Assembly: GCA_001643675.2 (NCBI GenBank)
Contig: LSRY02000046.1
Span: 372,001-436,000 of the forward strand
DNA length: 64,000 nucleotides
Direction of reading: 5' to 3'
Origin: Monocercomonoides exilis PA203
Taxonomy: Eukaryota; Protista; Preaxostyla
Both the position numbers and the translations under genes were made by a program. Shown piece by piece: positions 58,290-64,000 of the stretch; within the stretch, counting starts at the first letter, position 1; each line of letters starts with the position of its first letter. The notes beneath the pieces were generated by a model. That model did no database searches and had not been told where the DNA came from. It saw only the letters and a program-made list of their open reading frames with translations.

Positions 58290-58904
58290 TGATGATGATG
58301 ATGGATTAATCGTGAAAAAGAAATAGAAAAGGAAAAGAAACACGAGTTTTTTTTTTGTTCAAATTGATGAAAATACTCGAATGGAAATGAAGGGAGAGTT
58401 AAGAAAATTCATGTTATACAAACGAATTTGAAAGAAGTTACTTTCATTTATTGGAAATTTTTATTTAAGAATTCAGTTAAGAATTCGTAATGCAATTTGC
58501 GTATTGATTTTTATTATCATAGGTTTTATTGTAATGTTATTGTTATTATTTGACAGTAAGTGTCTTTTTGTTTTAAACTCGTTCATTATGTTTATATTAT
58601 AATTTTGATAATTTGGTTTTTACATGCAACACGTCTTTGTTTTCGAGAAAGTCTTGCATATCACTTCATTGTCTTTTTTTTGCTCGTCTTTTGTCAATTT
58701 TTTCTTTGAGCAATTGTATATGTTTGGACCTTTTAATCATAACATTTCGTTTCAATAACAATCTTTTTTGTTAGAGTTGTTTGTTCAAAATAAAACAGTC
58801 AAATTTGAAAATGTCAGAGAACAAATGAACGTCCTCTTCTTCTTCTTTCGAGATATTCCATCAAGTGCATCGGAGAATTTATTAACAAAATAATTGTGCA
58901 CAGT

Positions 58905-59233
58905 ATGAATAATTTGAAAATTTTTGATGATAAATGTTAAGCCTTTATTGATGTGATTTTTGCATCTGCTTCAATTTCAATATTTTTTTTGAAAACAAGC
59001 AGTCGAATCATATAGAGTCCTATTGAAAAGAGAACACTTCAGTGCTTTGAGCAAACAATTGAAAAATTCTTTGCAACAGTTCAACCAAAAGGTGTTCTTT
59101 ATTTTTGATAGTTTTTTGATACAAAAAACTGCATAAATGAAATGACTAATAAAACATTTAGCTCAAAAATGAATTGTATTTGTATCAAAGTTATCAAAAT
59201 ATAAGCTTTCAAAGCAATATAAATAAAAACTAA
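58905..59233 (+). pseudogene. Possible truncated spliced gene fragment abutting the duplication arm
   Basis: Two GT-AG introns (58936-58999, 59092-59161) give MNNLKIFDDKSVESYRVLLKREHFSALSKQLKNSLQQFNQKLKNELYLYQSYQNIS, and the third exon runs into the repeat boundary at 59207. Confidence 0.35.
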
Positions 59234-62200
59234 CGTGAATTGAAAATAAAACAACAACGAAAAATACATCTGCTTCATTGTGTTTCAATGAGCAAGTCGA
59301 AAAGTCGAAAAGTTGAATGTCAAAAGCAAAACTTTGAAATGACGATGAGAAATTTCGCATCAACGCAAATAAAAACAAAAATAAGAAAAGAAAATGAAAT
59401 GGAAATAAAAAAAAGAATGCAGCAAACTTGCATACAAACAGAACAGAACAGAACAAGGCATGCCAATTTGTCAATTGACAAGCAAATAAACAATGCATAT
59501 TAATAACCTTCACAACAAAAATCAAAAAAATATGTGTGTTAATAACAAAAATATTTGCAATTTATGATATTCACACTCACATTCATCACCATGAGAGATA
59601 TCAAAGCAAACAGAAGGAATGAAGTCAACCATCTTCTGCCCAGTGAAAAGCAAACACAAAAGCCCATCTCCTGTTAAACTCTCCCTTTTCTTTCTGACAA
59701 TTCCTCTCCTAACCCATCAGCCGGGTCCTGTCTGTGCTCTCTTCCTCTCCTCTTTCCTCTCTTCCCTCTCTCTCCTCCTCCATTCCTGTCCCCATCCTCA
59801 TCCCTGTCCCCATCCTTGCCATCTCCATCTCCTCCATCTCCTCCATCTCCATCCCCCGCCCGCTCTCCGCCATCGCTGTGTATGCCACATCCCCGTCCAT
59901 CCCCAGCTCCCCCGCCTTCTTCTTCAGCCGCCCCATCCGCCGCGCCCGCCGCCTCTCTCTCGCTGCCGCCTTCTTCTCCCGCGCCTTCCGCTCCTTCTCT
60001 GCCGCTGCCAGCTTCTCCACCGCCTCCTCCGACAGCTCGTACTCTGTCCACAGGTCCCGCCCGCAGCTCAGACACACCCCGTGCGGGATCACCAGCAGCA
60101 GCAGCACCACACACGACGCCCAGAACACAACCAGGTTCTGCGGCATCCTCAGCAGCACCGGGTCCACCGCCCCAAACACCACTGCCGGCACCGTCGGCCC
60201 CACCACCTCCAGCAGCTTCTCCATCACCCGGTCCAGCCCTGGCCGCGCTGTCTCCTCTGCCGCCTCCATGATCCCCCTCCCCTTCTGCCCAAACTGCACA
60301 CCCCCAAAAACCCCTTCTTCTTCCTCTCCTTCACTTCCACTTCCCCTGCTCTCCCCTTTCCCCATCAGCCCATCCACCAACCCCCACGCCTCCCCATACA
60401 GCTCCGGCAGCAGCCGCAAAAGATAGTTCGACCCTTCCCGCCCCGACGACAGATAGTACTGCGCCAGCCCTGCCAGCGCTGCGTTCGTCGTGTTGATCAC
60501 CTCCTCCGAGTCCACCTCCAGCGGCCCCACCGCCACGTAGAAGTTCAGCCCAGTCGCCGCTGCCTCCCCCAGCCCCGTCTCCCCCTTCACATACTCCCAC
60601 ACCTCCTCCCGCCCTGCCAGCGACACCAGCTCCCCGCCATACACCAGCCGGCTCACGTCCCCCAGCACCGCCCCCACCACCCCCACCACAAACAGCACCA
60701 CCCCAAACAGGCTGAACCACCACATGTGCCCGCACTCAAACCACCACAGCACCGTCTCCTTCCGCACCGCCACCGTGAACGGCACCACCCCCACCAGCGA
60801 CACCCCCAGCACCACCACCGCCCCAAACACAAAGTACCCCGCCAGGTCCACATACTCCTTCAGCACCCCCACCGTCTTCTGCACCTCCGCCTCCACCCCC
60901 GCCATCGGCTCCTCGTTCTCCCCCAGCATCTCCCCCAGCCCTCCGATCCCTCCGCTCGCCTGCGTCTCCAGAAACCCGATCTCCCGCGACACGTTCCCCA
61001 GCATCTCCCGCACCTTCCCCATCGCCTCGTTGTACTGCCCCTCCACCGCTGTGAAGTCCATCACATCCAGCCCATCAATCACCCCCGCCACCCCCTCCAC
61101 ATCCACCTCCTCCAGCACCCCTTCCACCTCCTCCCCGTAGATCACCCCCACCCGCTCCGACGACGTCGACGACGGGTCAAACACATACACCTGGTCGATC
61201 AGGCTGTTCAGCGTCAGATTTGCAGGATTTGACGGGTTTGATGATAAAAATGATGATGATGATGATGATTGTGAGGTGTGTTGATGTGAATGCGAAGTGG
61301 ATGTGTTTCGAGGTGGAGCACGTGGCTGAATGGCAGATGCTGCTCTTTCTGCCTCTTTCGCATCCTCCCCAAGCAAATGAGCGTGCGAAGTGTTTGAGTG
61401 AAGTGATGAATGATGAAATGAGGTTGATGTTGATGCAGAAGAGCCTGCCAATGCCTCTGTGATGTATCCTGCTGCCCTTCCACAGTATTCTGCCTGCGTC
61501 GAAATATCTCCCGTCCCAAACGCCACCGACGCGTTCCCGTTCTTCCCATTCACCCCAACACAAAACAGCTTGTTCTGCACAAACTCCACATACCCTGCCA
61601 GCTTCCCTGTCCGGTTGAACTCCTCCACAAGCACATCTGCCACCCCCGCCAGCATCGACAGATTCCCCGTCACTGCAGACAGCTTCTCCACCTCTCCCCG
61701 CATCCTCCCCAGCGCCTCGCTCATGTTCACCCCCGGCACATACAGCACATCCCTGAAATAGTCTTCAGAATAAAATAGAAAGGAAAAGATCATCATTTGC
61801 AAAAGAAAAGTGTTGAAAGAACAAATAACATCAAAAGCAGACAAATATGAAGCAGAAACAGCTCATTGCTCACACACACACACCTTCAATCTCTTTGACG
61901 ATCGCATCGAAGCTTTCGCTCAGGGTTGCGATGATCCCGTTCACATCCTCCTTCAGCTGCACCACCTCGTCTCTGAATTCCTGCGGCGCAGTCGCCTTTC
62001 TGCCCCGCTCAGCCAGCAGCTCGTCCAGCTTTGTGATCTGCTCTTCAAACACACTCTGCGACACCCCATTCAGATTCAGCGACCCTGCTGCCTCTGCTGT
62101 CTCGTTGTCGAAGTAGTACACAACCTGCACCACACACCACAAAAGACAGACAAAGACATTGTCAGGCAGATAGATAGATTGATATAGGTGAGTGAGTGAG

Positions 62201-63701
62201 TGAGTGAGTGAGTGAGTGAATAAATAAAGATGCATTCAAAAAATAGAAAAATAAATTGATAGAAATGATTGCTCAGTCTGCTGCACAGCAAAAGCAAAGC
62301 AACTGAATGCACACCGGCGCTGTGACGCTGAGCAGTTCATCCATCGGCTCCAGCACCCCAATCATAAACGCATCCTTCACATCCTCCATTGAGCTGTTCA
62401 GCGACCCACTCTGGCTGTGCATCGAATCAGCCAACAAAAAAAGCACACACACAGAACATATCGACAATTTGTGTTTCAATACAAATGCAACACAAAAAAA
62501 GGAAAGAGAAAAAGAGAAAAGAGAAAAAGAGAAAAGAGAAAAAGAGAAAAGAGAAAAAGAGAAAAGAGAAAAAGAGAAAAGAGAAAAGAGAAATGTGAAT
62601 GGAAAATGCTCATCTTCCACAAAAGTGCAGATGAAGGGCAGACTCTTTGATGTGCGAAATCGAATCGTTCAGCAGCTGCGCAAAATTCGAAAACGAGACT
62701 GTTGGCAGCTCTGTCTCGCACAGCGTCACCACAGCCTTCAGCCCTGCAAACAACTCCTCTTCCGCTGCCATCCAACCAATCGCCAATAAACAAAATATGA
62801 AATGAGAAATTGGCAGAAGCCGCAAAGACACACATTTCTGCAGAAGCTGCACATATTCCGGCAGCTCCCCATACGCCTTCTTGAACGGAGACAGCGACTC
62901 GTTCATCGATGTGAAGTTCTTCGGCAGCATCGCCATCGACACCATCGCTGCAACAGCAAACACCCTGCAACAAACACACACACAGCTGTCCCAACACCAA
63001 CCAAAAAAAATGAACGAAAAAAAAAAGGCACACAGCTCGACCAGGAGTATCACATAGAAGATGATGCGCGTGGTCCACACACACCCTGCCTTCGGGCCCA
63101 GGTCTGTCCAGCAGTCCGTCTGGCAGCAGTGCCACTCCTCCTCCTCCTGCGGCGGCGTGCTGCAGCACTGCGTGCACATCCACACATACGTGTACACCAT
63201 CGCCCCCACCCACAGCAAAAGCACCACAATCGCTGGCACAAGCACCGACTGCCAGCCACGCCCACGAAACAACATTTCATTGTATTTTATTAATAATAAA
63301 AAGGGAATCTGGAGGAATAACGAAAATTGGGGGAAAAATGGTGTCAAGGCACACAGCAGCTGTCCCAGCAATTTTGCTCGTGGAAACATGCCCAAAGTCC
63401 ATCGTCCCGTTCCGCAGGAACATCTCCTCAAACGCCGCCCCCAGCGACGGATACAGCGGGAGCCCAAACAGGCTCCCCGTGCACACCCTCCGCACAAGCG
63501 AGAACAGCCCCTGCCCCAGCTGCGTAAACATATCCGCGTTCCTGTAATCTGCACAAACACCCAAAAACATCCCAACTCCTAGAAGACTTGCAAATGCACA
63601 CACCGTCCGCCCCATACAGGACGCAGCGCTCCACAAGCAGCACAACCGGCAAAAAATACATTTCAAAAGTACTATGATCAGTGCTTGCCATAAAGTTTTA
63701 T
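59207..63701 (-). repeat. Right arm of the 4.5-kb inverted segmental duplication
   Basis: Reverse complement of 29515-34004. Confidence 0.97.
59709..63615 (-). CDS. Five-pass membrane glycoprotein with prominin/Tweety-like topology, copy 2 (apparently intact frame)
   Basis: Same exons as copy 1; reads ETGLGEAAATGLNFYVAVGPLEVDSEEVINTTNAALAGLAQYYLSSGREGSNYLLR where copy 1 is frameshifted. Confidence 0.72.
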
Positions 63702-63828
63702 GAAAAATTAATATTTTTTATAATTGAAAATCTTTCAATAATTTCCTCCAATTATAAGACAGTGTGGATTAAAGTTAATTTGAAATGAAAAAATGAAAGA
63801 AAAAACACATTGAAATTGAAACTTCAGT

Positions 63829-64000
63829 TCATTTCCATGAAGAAAGTTCTTTCAACTTTTTAATTTCCATCTTCCTGTCTTTTTCTGCTTTATCCAAAGC
63901 GAGCAATTTCTGGACTTGCTCAGATGGATCCTGCTTCAGTTTTCTATGTCGAATCCTTCTTTGTCTTTTTGCTGTCTTCCACTCTTCTGTTGCGTGCTCG
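63829..64000 (-). CDS. 3' end of a gene entering from the right edge (basic, coiled-coil-like)
   Basis: Open frame EHATEEWKTAKRQRRIRHRKLKQDPSEQVQKLLALDKAEKDRKMEIKKLKELSSWK* followed by AT-rich flank. Confidence 0.55.
   Translation of the reverse strand, partial: EHATEEWKTAKRQRRIRHRKLKQDPSEQVQKLLALDKAEKDRKMEIKKLKELSSWK

Noticed and set aside
59619-61232. 537-aa His/Pro-rich ORF and similar antisense ORFs over both duplicated genes
   Set aside because: Shadow frames caused by extreme G skew of the sense strand; no domain features.
29515-63701. Giant transposon (Maverick/Polinton) with terminal inverted repeats
   Set aside because: The arms are an intron-containing cellular gene; no integrase, polymerase, capsid or target duplication; the interior holds ordinary host genes.

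Overview
Gene-dense, AT-rich eukaryotic (protist) DNA with short GT-AG introns (donors mostly GTNTG) and a standard genetic code. Poly-Ser/poly-Glu expanded proteins, a lineage-expanded helical gene family and a giant receptor-like pseudokinase suggest an oxymonad such as Monocercomonoides; this is an inference from remembered family signatures, not a database result. Genes supported, in order: XRN2 (3' end outside the window), a very large ankyrin-FYVE protein, a small spliced histone-fold protein not resolved by the ORF track, a Ser-rich hypothetical protein, a pseudogene, RAD23, FAM192A/Fyv6, an SRF-type MADS-box factor, a 3-TM Cys-rich protein, an F-BAR-SH3-SH3 protein, a histidine acid phosphatase, an intronless capsular-polysaccharide-type glycosyltransferase, an unknown protein, a 2612-aa modular receptor pseudokinase and a tandem papain-like pseudoprotease. 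A near-identical 4.5-kb inverted duplication carrying a G-skewed prominin/Tweety-like five-pass membrane gene brackets about 25 kb. One copy has compensating frameshifts and the other abuts a possibly truncated spliced gene. Intergenic DNA contains two long inverted-repeat elements and two hairpin-H box-hairpin-ACA (H/ACA-like) RNA candidates. All exon models were assembled by eye.
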